Shown piece by piece: positions 8,870 through 17,979 of a stretch of 64,000 nt of DNA. Both the position numbers and the translations under genes were made by a program. The stretch covers positions 23,797 to 87,796 of the forward strand of contig DASXDT010000004.1 in assembly GCA_036490475.1 (NCBI GenBank), in the 5' to 3' direction. The DNA is from Candidatus Tumulicola sp. (GTDB lineage Bacteria; Vulcanimicrobiota; Vulcanimicrobiia; Vulcanimicrobiales; Vulcanimicrobiaceae). Under the pieces are notes generated by a model. It searched no databases and was not told the DNA's origin. It worked only from the letters and a program-made list of their open reading frames with translations. Each line of letters opens with the position of its first letter. The first letter of the stretch is position 1.

Positions 8870-9820
8870 CTAGCGGCCGATCACGGCACCGAAAGCGAAC
8901 TTGAACCCCGTTATCGTTTCGATCGGAAAACCGCCGGCCGGATAGTTGTAGATTGAAACGTACGACGCACCGTCGCAGTAACCGGGAACGATCACTTTAT
9001 CGCTGTCGATGAAGTACTGATTTACAAGGCAGTCACCCTCAAGCAAGGTCGATCCAACTGATTTCCCGCCAACGATCCGATAAATGAAAGGTTTTCGCAT
9101 ATCTCCGACGGTCATGTTCGTTCCGTCGTACTGGATGTTTCCCGGAAATGCGATTTGCGGGCCACGCCAGCGGATGTTTACGAGATGTTTTGCGCCAGAT
9201 GGCAGCTGGTCGAGTCGAAAGTCCGAGTAATCTACGAACGGCGTGCCATCAACGAACAGATTCCCGTTCGGATCGTAGCCCAAGAATTCGTAGAAAAACA
9301 TGCCTTTGTCGGAATACGTTCTTGGCTTCGAGGTAAGCGCATCAAAAATTACCACGTCGCCGGGATCGTCTCCACCGAACGTGCTGTTCGCGACCGCTAC
9401 GTCTCCGTTCGTCGGATTGACGGCACAAGCGTTCGCCTCGTCCTCTGATCCTATTTGCAGCGTACGGATCGATTTGGTTCCACCATGACGGAACTCAGCG
9501 ACCCATGAAGTGTATCCACCTCTTTCCGCGATCCAGACGTTTCCTGTCTTCGGCTCGACGCACATACCCGCCGGGAGACTGATCCCCGACAGCATTCCAA
9601 CGGGCGCGAGGGAGGGATAGGAGTAGACAAATACTTTCGAGGCGTCTAAATCGGAAATATACAGCAAGGCACCCCGTTTTGCGCTGTTATGGGCCGCGAC
9701 GGTTGGAACGACTGTTTGCGGAATCGCACTCGGCAAGCCGGTCGTCGTGCGCGAGCCGGCGCATCCCGCGAATATGGCGGCTACGGCATAAGCGGCGGCC
9801 TGGCAGGCGATGCGGTTCAT
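8870..9820 (-). CDS. lipoprotein, beta-propeller-like repeat protein (paralog 1)
   Basis: Lipobox FAGC. Motifs LLYISD, VFVYSYPSL, GMCVEPKTGNVWI, ACAVNPTNGDVAVAN, GNLFVDG, VSIYNYPAGG are shared with 9817..10755 and 11852..12769. Confidence 0.8.
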   Translation of the reverse strand: MNRIACQAAAYAVAAIFAGCAGSRTTTGLPSAIPQTVVPTVAAHNSAKRGALLYISDLDASKVFVYSYPSLAPVGMLSGISLPAGMCVEPKTGNVWIAERGGYTSWVAEFRHGGTKSIRTLQIGSEDEANACAVNPTNGDVAVANSTFGGDDPGDVVIFDALTSKPRTYSDKGMFFYEFLGYDPNGNLFVDGTPFVDYSDFRLDQLPSGAKHLVNIRWRGPQIAFPGNIQYDGTNMTVGDMRKPFIYRIVGGKSVGSTLLEGDCLVNQYFIDSDKVIVPGYCDGASYVSIYNYPAGGFPIETITGFKFAFGAVIGR

Positions 9821-10755
9821 CGGCTGATTACCGCGCCGAACGCAGTACTGAATCCGGTTAATGTCGCTATCGGCGCGCCGCCGGCCGGATAGTTGTAAAC
9901 CGACACTGTAGCCACGCTGCTGCAGTTACTCGGCGCGATCACCTTGTCGCCGTCGATGTAGTACTGGTCCACACTGCAGGCGCCACCGAGGGCGGTCGTC
10001 CCCAATACCCTTCCGCCGGCGGTCTGGTAAATGAGTGCGTTGTGCCCGTCGCCGACCGCTATGTTTGAACCGTCGTACTGAACGTTCCCCGCATAGGCGA
10101 TTTGCGGACCGCGCCAGCGAATGTTGACAAGTTTGTTTGCGCCATTCGGTAGCTCGTCAAATCGAAACAGCGACTGGTAATAGGTCGGGGTGCCGTCGAC
10201 GAACAGGTTGCCGCGGTCGTCATACCCTAGAAACTCAACATAGTACAGGCCCTTTTCGTAATACGTCTTCGACTTGCCGGTGCGAAGGTTGAAGAGTATG
10301 ACGTCACCGGGGTCGTCTCCGCCGAATGTGATATTCGCGACCGCTAATTCGCCCTTCGTCGGGTTGACGGCGCAAGCATCGGCAATGTTGTCTTCTCCGA
10401 TCTGCAGCGTGCGTATGGGTTTGGTTGCACCATGAGCAAACTCGACGGCTCCAGCAGCATACGGGCTCGATTCGGTAATCCAAACGTTACCCGTTTTTGG
10501 ATCCACGCACATGCCCGTCGGGTTGTTGATCCCCGTCAGCAGGCCGGCGGGCTTCAGTGACGGATACGAGTACATAAACACCGTCCCGGTGTCCTGATCC
10601 GATATGTAGAGCAACGCGCTGCGTTTAGCTTCGTCTAGCGTTTGCGGTATCGCACTCGGAACGTCGTTCGCCGCGCGAGAGCCGGCGCAGCCCGCGAGCG
10701 CTGCGATTCCTACAAAAAGGACGATCTGGCGAGCAAAGCAATTCAAAACGTTCAT
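9817..10755 (-). CDS. lipoprotein, beta-propeller-like repeat protein (paralog 2, tandem)
   Basis: Lipobox LAGC. Collinear similarity to paralog 1 over the full length. 4-nt overlap with it. Confidence 0.8.
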   Translation of the reverse strand: MNVLNCFARQIVLFVGIAALAGCAGSRAANDVPSAIPQTLDEAKRSALLYISDQDTGTVFMYSYPSLKPAGLLTGINNPTGMCVDPKTGNVWITESSPYAAGAVEFAHGATKPIRTLQIGEDNIADACAVNPTKGELAVANITFGGDDPGDVILFNLRTGKSKTYYEKGLYYVEFLGYDDRGNLFVDGTPTYYQSLFRFDELPNGANKLVNIRWRGPQIAYAGNVQYDGSNIAVGDGHNALIYQTAGGRVLGTTALGGACSVDQYYIDGDKVIAPSNCSSVATVSVYNYPAGGAPIATLTGFSTAFGAVISR

Positions 10756-10773
10756 TTTTGTAAGCTCCTCACA

Positions 10774-11742
10774 CTACCAAGATAGTACGACCTTTCCGTT
10801 GCCGGACGAAGCGCCGGCTTGAATGTTTTTTACGTGGGTCGCGCCGGGCTCGACGTATGAAGAGCCGCCGCCGCCGCCACCACCGCCGCCGACGCCGCTC
10901 GTACTCGGCGTGCCCGAACCGCCGCCACCACCGCCGTAGTAACCGCCGCCACCACCACCGCCTCCGCCCGCGTGGAGTTGCTTTCTGCCGCCTCCGAGGC
11001 CGCCGCGGCCGAGCTTGCCGGGATCACCCGGAATGCCTTGGGGGAAGCCCGATCGCTGCCCACCTGGTCCCCCGGCCCCGCCGGCGCTCTGCGTACCGCC
11101 CAAACCGCCGAATCCGCTGGGATTTCCGGGAAAACCGCTTCCGCCAGGTCCCCCGATATTTCCGCCACCCAATCCGCCTGCGCCGCCACCGTAGAAACCG
11201 CCGCCGATGCCGGGTCCACCACCCCCGCCAGCAACGATCACGCGATCCTTTAGGCGATCGCCGCCGACGCGAACATCCGAGGCGCCCGCGCCGCCGCAAC
11301 CTCCGTCAGTAAAAAAAGCGCTGTAATCGATTCCTACGCCACCAATCCCACCACCATTGAAACCGCCAAGGCCGCCGGCACCTGAAAGACCGAGCTGGCC
11401 CTTTCCGCCGACGAAGATCGCGAGACGTTCTCCCGGCTTAACGGGGATAGTGGCTTGCACCAGGCCTCCGTTACTTCCGGTAAAGTACGGGCCGCTCGAA
11501 CCGTAATCGCCGCTCGGCGTGCCTCCACCGCGCGCCAAAACGGTTATCTCCGTAACGCCGCGCGGGACCCTAAAGACTTGTTCGGCGCCCGTGTATTTAA
11601 ACGTTTGGCTGCTGATTTGCGCCGCGATTTGCGCGCGCGCGGCCGGTGTCGCCGTCGGCGGCTGGTAGGCGCTGCAGCTTGAAAGCGCGGTTGCGGCCAA
11701 ACATAGAATTAACGCATCGACCCCACAAATCGAGTTCTTCAT
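10774..11742 (-). CDS. glycine-rich lipoprotein (bacterial Gly_rich / ALK-LTK glycine-rich-domain-like)
   Basis: Lipobox LSSC, then FKYTGAEQVFRVPRGVTEITVLARGGG...VQATIPVKPGERLAIFVGGKG, followed by long poly-Gly blocks (GGGGGGGGGYYGGGGGG, GGGGGGGGGSSY) and the tail GNGKVVLSW. Confidence 0.8.
   Translation of the reverse strand: MKNSICGVDALILCLAATALSSCSAYQPPTATPAARAQIAAQISSQTFKYTGAEQVFRVPRGVTEITVLARGGGTPSGDYGSSGPYFTGSNGGLVQATIPVKPGERLAIFVGGKGQLGLSGAGGLGGFNGGGIGGVGIDYSAFFTDGGCGGAGASDVRVGGDRLKDRVIVAGGGGGPGIGGGFYGGGAGGLGGGNIGGPGGSGFPGNPSGFGGLGGTQSAGGAGGPGGQRSGFPQGIPGDPGKLGRGGLGGGRKQLHAGGGGGGGGGYYGGGGGGSGTPSTSGVGGGGGGGGGSSYVEPGATHVKNIQAGASSGNGKVVLSW
10857..10975. repeat. low-complexity GCC/ACC codon tract (poly-Gly coding)
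   Basis: Runs of gccgccgccgccaccaccgccgcc and similar, the reverse complement of GGN codons inside the glycine-rich gene. Confidence 0.8.
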
Positions 11743-11851
11743 GCGTTCGGCTCCTCGTCCGGATTTATCGCGTCGCTTGCGATGATTTCGTGGCGCGCAG
11801 TTTACCTCTCCTGTGCCGAAGTGGTAGGTTTAATGCGGGAGGTTCTATACA

Positions 11852-12769
11852 ATGCTACTCCGTTTTAGCCGCACCTTCGGGCTTGTCACTTCCCTTGTGC
11901 TCGTTAGTTGCGCGGGCTCCACTTTTACACCGGGACCGGAAGTAAGGGTAGCGACCCAACACGATGCCAAAACAGCCCCGCTGCTATACGTATCCGATCC
12001 ATCCGTTAACGAAGTGCTGGTGTACTCGTATCCGGCACTACGACTCGTACAGACGCTCAGCGGAGAACTGCGGGAGCCAGCCGCTCTGTGTGTGGACGAT
12101 ACGACCGGCAACATTTGGGTGGTCGCCGCCGGCAACAACAAACTTTTCGAGTACGCCCACGGTGGCGCGACCCCGATCAAAATCATAAAAGTGGCGAGCT
12201 ACGGCACAGCCCTCTCCGGCTGTGCAATCGATGCAACGAACGGCGACGTTGCGGTGGCCATTCGAGGAATCGCAGAGGACCCGGGCGGCGTACTTGTTCT
12301 AAAGAGCGGAGTTCGGAAACCGCAGCTTTACTTCGACCGCACCCAACGTCTTTATGCGTATTTTCTTGCATACGATCCAAAAGGCAATCTTTTTGTCGAC
12401 GGGATAGCGCACAGGCCGTTCGTTTATGATGAGTTGCCGGCCAACACTAAAACGTTCACAAATATAAACCTCGAGGGCGCCAAGGTTCGTGCGCCCGGAG
12501 GCGTTCAATATCATGCGGGCAACATCGCTATCGCGGATCATAAGAGAGGGATCATCTATCGAACGTCCGGTGCAACGGTGACGGGAAGCACGACGCTCAA
12601 AGGCTCTTGTAACATCGAACAATTTCTAGTTCGAGGAGACAAGGCAGTGGTGGCCAGCAACTGTGCGGGGAGCAGCCGAATACTCGTTTATAATTATCCA
12701 GCGGGGGGCTCGGCGATCGGCCAGATTTCGGGCCTCAGCGGGACGTTTGGCGTGGCGATCAGCTACTAA
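11852..12769 (+). CDS. lipoprotein, beta-propeller-like repeat protein (paralog 3, inverted)
   Basis: Lipobox LVSC. LLYVSD, VLVYSYPAL, ALCVDDTTGNIWV, GCAIDATNGDVAVA, GNLFVDG, ILVYNYPAGG match paralogs 1 and 2. Confidence 0.8.
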   Translation: MLLRFSRTFGLVTSLVLVSCAGSTFTPGPEVRVATQHDAKTAPLLYVSDPSVNEVLVYSYPALRLVQTLSGELREPAALCVDDTTGNIWVVAAGNNKLFEYAHGGATPIKIIKVASYGTALSGCAIDATNGDVAVAIRGIAEDPGGVLVLKSGVRKPQLYFDRTQRLYAYFLAYDPKGNLFVDGIAHRPFVYDELPANTKTFTNINLEGAKVRAPGGVQYHAGNIAIADHKRGIIYRTSGATVTGSTTLKGSCNIEQFLVRGDKAVVASNCAGSSRILVYNYPAGGSAIGQISGLSGTFGVAISY

Positions 12770-12971
12770 TCCAGTACGACCGTCTGAGCAACAGCAGGAT
12801 GCCTAGTTGAGTAATTGAGTGCGCATAACGCGCGGTGGCGCTGCTCATTAAACAGCTCCATCAATGAGCTCTGTTGCGGCCAATGGGTCTCGATCGTGAC
12901 ATCGACTTATATTTCGGCGGCGAGCTGCGCGTTAAGTTTGGCACGCGTCACACCGTGGTAAGGAAAGACAT

Positions 12972-13463
12972 ATGAATGACTCAAGCGATTTCGAATCGGG
13001 AATCTATTATGATCCGGCGAGTGCTGAAGCGCGCATTCAGAGGCTTTACGAGCTAGGCTATTCCGACAAAGACATAAGCGTCATGATGCGCGACCAGGAG
13101 AAGGCGAAAGCCTTTGCGGCGCACACCGGCGGTCATGCTGCCGAAGGTGCCGTGACCGGCGGTGCAATTGACGGCGGCCTCGGCGCGATTATCGCCGGCC
13201 TCACGGCGACCGGCAGTATAGTCGCTGTTGTAGGAACGGGCGGTCTTGCCGCGCCCGTCGTGGTCGGTCCGCTTGTGGCCGCGCTTGCGGGCTTAGGTGC
13301 CGGAGCTGCTGCAGGTGGCATCGTCGGAGCGTTGGTTGGAGCCGGCATTCCAAAAGAAAAGGCGGAACAGTACAGCGAGGGTCTCGATCGCGGCGGTATT
13401 TTATTAGGCGTGAACGCCCGACCGGATAATCGCGATAAGGTGCGCGGCGTTTTCTCGGACTAA
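12972..13463 (+). CDS. general-stress-type protein (YflT-like domains flanking a glycine-zipper membrane segment)
   Basis: AEARIQRLYELGYSDKDISVMMRD, then the Gly/Ala zipper GGLGAIIAGLTATGS...GAGAAAGGIVGALVGAG, then EKAEQYSEGLDRGGILLGV. AAGGAAAG SD. Confidence 0.7.
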   Translation: MNDSSDFESGIYYDPASAEARIQRLYELGYSDKDISVMMRDQEKAKAFAAHTGGHAAEGAVTGGAIDGGLGAIIAGLTATGSIVAVVGTGGLAAPVVVGPLVAALAGLGAGAAAGGIVGALVGAGIPKEKAEQYSEGLDRGGILLGVNARPDNRDKVRGVFSD

Positions 13464-13661
13464 TCCGAAAGCATTCGATCCAAGCCAAAAAGGAAGACCA
13501 CGCTCCGGCGCCTAGAAGCCTTCAGTCGACCGGAGCAGACCTCCGTCGATGACGCAGGTTGCGCCGTTACGTGCACGCCGCTCTTGTCGTTTCGTGGGGA
13601 ATCAAGTTCGCGCGCGCGTTCTGCGGATCGCGAGATCCTCGTGGACCGAAGAAAATGTTGA

Positions 13662-14729
13662 TTATGCGACCACTTCTGCCCGTACGGCTGCAGCCTCGAA
13701 GTCGATGGTAAATCGTGCGAGTGTGATCTTCGCATCTGCCGCACCGTAGTAGACGTCGTACGTTCCGTCTTCCCGAACGTCGAGGCCGGTTGGAAAAACG
13801 ACATCGTCGACGATTCCGAAACGTTCGTCCGGAGTGACAGGCCCAAGCACCGGGACCGGCGACCGGTATATAATGTGGTGCGGACGCTCGAGGTCGTGTA
13901 CGATGATGCCCGCTCGATAGAGCAGTCCCTGACGTCCATCGCGCTTGACTGGATCGACGCCATGAAAGAACGACAGCCAACCGCCAAGACACCGCACTGG
14001 CGGCGTGCCGGCGCCGTTCTTCAGCCAGCCCCAGCGTTCGTCGACGCCAAGAAGCTCGACGCTTTCGTGCGCTTCACACAGCGCCGAAATGTCGCGTTCT
14101 ACTCGCGAGACGGGGATGTATGCGAGATACGTCGTTTCACGGTGGCTTGGATCAAGGGCCAGGATCACGGAGATTGGCGTCTGCCCGTTCACGCTGCCCG
14201 GCAACATCGGGCGATGGTAGAACGCATAGGACAGCACGCCGGTAGGCGAGAGCACCGGCTCTGGGAAGATAGCCGCGTCTTTGTTGTCGCGAGCGTTGAG
14301 CGGATGGTTTACAAACTCGACGAGCCCAAGCCGGCGCCACGAATATCCATCGCTGGATACAGCTAGCGCGATGCGAGGACCCGCGTCGCCGAAGGCGGTG
14401 TACGCCATGACATAAGCGTCGAGTCGGGGGACGAAGGTGACGCGAGCATCCTCGCAACCGTGTTCGCCATCGCGCAGCTCGTAGGGCGCTTCGGGTTCCA
14501 GCACGTATCCCAAACGCTCGAACGTTACGTTGCCATCAGATTCATCGCCTTTCGTCAGTCCGATTCGTGAAACGTTGCCTTGTGCCACGATGCGTGGATA
14601 CATGAGCAAAGCTCCGCTGCGATCGCGCGTGACACCGGGATTGAGTACACCTTCTATTTCGTTCGCGCTCCCGTCGGACGCGAGCACGATGCCCAAGCGG
14701 GTGTAGGTCGAAGAAACTTCCACGATCAA
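13662..14729 (-). CDS. glycoside hydrolase family 130-like (beta-mannoside phosphorylase/glycosidase fold)
   Basis: GVLNPGVTRDRSG...SRIGLT...GCEDARVTFVPRLDAYVMAYTAFGDAGPRIALAVSSDGYSWRRLG...DNKDAAIFPE, a GH130/DUF377-type pattern. TTGA overlap with the upstream gene. Confidence 0.75.
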   Translation of the reverse strand: MIVEVSSTYTRLGIVLASDGSANEIEGVLNPGVTRDRSGALLMYPRIVAQGNVSRIGLTKGDESDGNVTFERLGYVLEPEAPYELRDGEHGCEDARVTFVPRLDAYVMAYTAFGDAGPRIALAVSSDGYSWRRLGLVEFVNHPLNARDNKDAAIFPEPVLSPTGVLSYAFYHRPMLPGSVNGQTPISVILALDPSHRETTYLAYIPVSRVERDISALCEAHESVELLGVDERWGWLKNGAGTPPVRCLGGWLSFFHGVDPVKRDGRQGLLYRAGIIVHDLERPHHIIYRSPVPVLGPVTPDERFGIVDDVVFPTGLDVREDGTYDVYYGAADAKITLARFTIDFEAAAVRAEVVA

Positions 14730-16942
14730 GCGCGCTTCTTTTTAGTAGGCGTGAAGCGGATTTCGTACCGCGTGTCGCCGTTGCAATCGTAAGTCGCGTG
14801 CCCTTCGACCGACGTGGTTCCTTTGAGGCGGCTCGATTGGCCGCGTTTCGTAACCAGGTGCGGCAACGCGGGTTTCTCGGCGTCGATCGGAATGACGCGC
14901 AGCCGGCATTCTCCACGCGTATCTCCGCCGACGTGAAAGCTCGCCAGCGTTGCATTACCCCGCTTCTTCGTGGCGAAATCGTAGATAGGGTAGCTACAGA
15001 ATATCATGCAATTTGCCGAGTTTACGAGGGTGTAATGGCGCCCCGAATAGACGAACGGCAAACCGGAACCGTAGAGCTCCTGACCGACCTCACCGGATAG
15101 TTTGGCGCCGTCTTGAAGATCTTCGAGCGGTATCGATAGTGCGCGTTCGACCTTGCCGTTGCGGCTTTTCTCGGCGACGCCATCGACGGGCAGCGCGTCG
15201 GGATAGTAAAACCAGCCACGATCGAGGCTATACTTTTGGTATTCGGCAAGCAACAATCGAACGGATGGGCGAATGCCGGCGCCGCCGAGCGCCAAATAGT
15301 CGTGGAACTTCGCCTGCGTTTCCATTTCCTCGTACGCCGCCAAATACGGCGCGTCGTGGAGGGGAAACAGGCCGAAAAACGTGGTGTAGTATTGCGCTTT
15401 GCCGTAATCACATTCCCACAGCCACATGTTGTCGAAGATGTTGGCCAGACAGAATTCGCTCAGCTCGAGATACGAGCGTTCTTTCGTAAGCAACCAGAGC
15501 CGTAGAGCCGCTTCGGCAGCAAATCCGGTCGTGTTCGTTTGATACCCAATCGCGAAGCCGAGGCCCTCCATCGTTGCGATGGCGCGCTTTGCTTCGTCCA
15601 GATATTCGGGTTCTCCGAACATTTCGTGAGCGTCGAGCATCACCAACGCATACAGGCCCGCAACGTCGCGCTCGCCGCCTTTGCCCGGCGCGGACTCCGC
15701 TCTTACGACCGCGAGGGTTTTGAGGTTGAAAAAGATGGGCCAACGATAATCGAATCGCCGGGCGACGCGCACGGCAAACTCGAGCGACTTTCGAAACATC
15801 GCGCGTGCCTTTGCGTTCCCGAGCGTTGCGAGACGCGAGACGTTGAACAGCGAGTGGTACAAAATACCAGCTGTCCATCGCCTCGTGATTCATGTTATCT
15901 TCGGACTGATCGCCGAAATCAGCGCCCGGCAGCCAACGCACGACCGAACCGATCGCCGGATCGAAAAACGCGTCGATCCCTTTCATGAGCGTGGCTGAAA
16001 GCGGGCTGCGATAGCCTCTCCACTCCTCATATTCGAGGGTGTTGACCAGCACGGTGAGAGTTGGACCATGCTTTCGGGCGGCTTGGTGGTGTCGCCCACG
16101 TACGGCATGATGTACCGATGGCCGTCGCGCTCGTACGTGCACGCCGGCGAAAGGCAGAGGTCGCGCATCGTTTTGCCGGCGCGCTCCGGCCAATCGTGGT
16201 ATGCGGCGGGAGGCCGTTGGAGCGACAGATAAATGTCGGCTAACAAATCGAAGTATTCGCCAGCTAGTTCGTTCGGCGCCGGATACCGGCCGGGTACGAC
16301 GGCCAAGAACGCGTCGGACAAAACGAACTCGCGCGAGCCCGGCAGCGGGCATCCCGCATTGACCGGGGCTACAAAGCCACCCTCCTCCAGCGTTCCGCCG
16401 ACTGTTCCGGCGGGCGACGTTTGTGTTGTAGCAAACAGATCCGTTAACGACGAGAAATTTTGCAGATAGAGTATCGAGGCCGTGACCGGCGCGTCGTAGC
16501 TGGCGTACACAATGCCGGTGCGTAGACCGCGCTGCGTGGTATGGACTTCACCGCTGCAACCGTCGGCGCCAAACAGATCGCGCATCGGCTGCAGCAAAGC
16601 GTCGCGTGCGGGTAGCAGCGACGTCGTGCAACGTATTGCCAGTTCTGCCGACTTCGGAAAGGCGATCCTTAACCGAACGGCGCCGAGCGACGTGCACCAA
16701 TCACAGACCCACTCGTCATCGACGCGTGACAGTGAGGGCTCGCCTTCTATCGGTGCGCCGACGCCGCAGCGCAGCGCCACGATGTCGGAGGTGCCGTTTG
16801 TTGCAACCACCCAGAAATTCTCGAGGCCCGCGCGCAGCTCGTAGAAAACCTCGCCGCGCTGACCAAGTTCGATCAACCGCATGGCGCGGAACGCGTCATT
16901 GTTTCTCGCACGGCGTAACGGTGGAAGCATAGTCTCGGGCAT
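14726..16942 (-). pseudogene. large (~738 codon) unknown protein, possibly (alpha/alpha)6 glycoside-hydrolase-like, interrupted by two compensating frameshifts
   Basis: ORFs 15983..16942 and 14726..15862 are in the same frame. Between about 16065 and 15870 the protein-like reading (HGPTLTVLVNTLEYEEWRGYRSPLSATLMKGIDAFFDPAIGSVVRWLPGADFGDQSEDNMNHEAMDSWYF) is in the frame of ORF 15408..16352, while the native frame there is junk ending in a stop at 15983. Confidence 0.55.
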
Positions 16943-17043
16943 GACGGTCGACCTCCGTTGTTCGTGCGTGTGAGGGTTGGAGTCGTCGGCTCACCGATTT
17001 ACGCGCCATCTATACCGCGGACGCGTTTTTCTTAAACCCAGCC

Positions 17044-17778
17044 CTAGTAGGCCAAGAACTGCACCGGATCGTCGCCGTTTACGGCCGCGCGGAGACTGTG
17101 GGTAAACTGATCCGCCGTGATCTGGTAGCACTCGCACGCGGCCGACTCCAGCCCTTTACGATCGCGAATTTCCACATGCCCTCGGATATATTTGATGAAG
17201 CCCGCCTGTTGTAGCGAAGCTGCGGCAATGCTTACCCCCGGCCGATGCACGCCAAGCATAATGGCCAGAAACTCCTGCGTGAGGTCGAACTGATCTCCGC
17301 CGACGCGATCGTGCGACATGAGGAGCCAGCGGGCACAACGTTCGTCGACCGTATGCAAGCGATTGCAAGCGATCGATTGGCCCATAAAATTAAACAGCGC
17401 TTCGGTGTACCTGCGGACGATGCGCTGGAACGTTCTGGCCGTCTTGAGGTGCCGCAAGAACCGGTCGACGGGCATGCGTAACGACTCGCCTGGAATTTGA
17501 CAGATCATTTGGCTCGGTGCGCGATCGCCTCCAAGAATCAACTGCGCGCCGGAGAGCCCTTCCAGCCCGAACGTGCCAATCTCAACGGCCGCCCCGCTTT
17601 GCATGACCGTGAGTACAGAAAGCACCGCCCCTTGCGGAAAGTACACGTGCGACAGAGGCTCGTCGACCGGATATAAAATGTCGCGGACGCGCAATGTTAT
17701 GCGCTCGAGGTCTGGCCGGATTGCGGCCTGCTCTCGCTCCGGTAAAGCCGCGAGAACCCGATTCTTGAAGGGTTGGAT
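17044..17778 (-). CDS. Crp/Fnr family transcriptional regulator, probable ATC start
   Basis: cNMP-like barrel plus HTH LTQEFLAIMLGVHRPGVSIAAASLQQAGFIKYIRGHVEI. The family-typical N-terminus NRVLAALPEREQAAIRPDLERITL is encoded upstream of track start TTG 17694. The only candidate start after stop TGA is ATC 17778-17776, preceded by AGGTG. Confidence 0.8.
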   Translation of the reverse strand: MQPFKNRVLAALPEREQAAIRPDLERITLRVRDILYPVDEPLSHVYFPQGAVLSVLTVMQSGAAVEIGTFGLEGLSGAQLILGGDRAPSQMICQIPGESLRMPVDRFLRHLKTARTFQRIVRRYTEALFNFMGQSIACNRLHTVDERCARWLLMSHDRVGGDQFDLTQEFLAIMLGVHRPGVSIAAASLQQAGFIKYIRGHVEIRDRKGLESAACECYQITADQFTHSLRAAVNGDDPVQFLAY

Positions 17779-17905
17779 TGCGAAACACCTACATGCTGAC
17801 TGTCGTCAAGCAAGTAAGCGCTGTGTGCTTGCCGGAGAACCAATTAAGCATAGCACGGCTCAGTCCGCTTATGTACGAATTACTACAAAGAAAAATGTTT
17901 GCCGC

Positions 17906-17921
17906 TGTGTTTGATTTCATA
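17906..17921. promoter_or_regulatory. candidate CRP/FNR-type half-palindromic site
   Basis: TGTGT-TTGATT-TCATA resembles TGTGA-N6-TCACA (4/5 + 4/5). It lies in the AT-richer divergent region between the Crp/Fnr gene and the STAS gene, ~60 nt upstream of ATG 17980. Confidence 0.2.
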
Positions 17922-17979
17922 CAGAACCGAAAGGCGTTTTCATTTACTATCGGCGTGCGCGATCTCAAGGGAGGTTTCG

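Noticed and set aside
10857-11340. Extended GCC/ACC/GCCGCC repeats that might be taken for a microsatellite or CRISPR-like array
   Set aside because: There is no repeat-spacer periodicity. The tract is the reverse complement of GGN glycine codons in a continuous 322-codon ORF.
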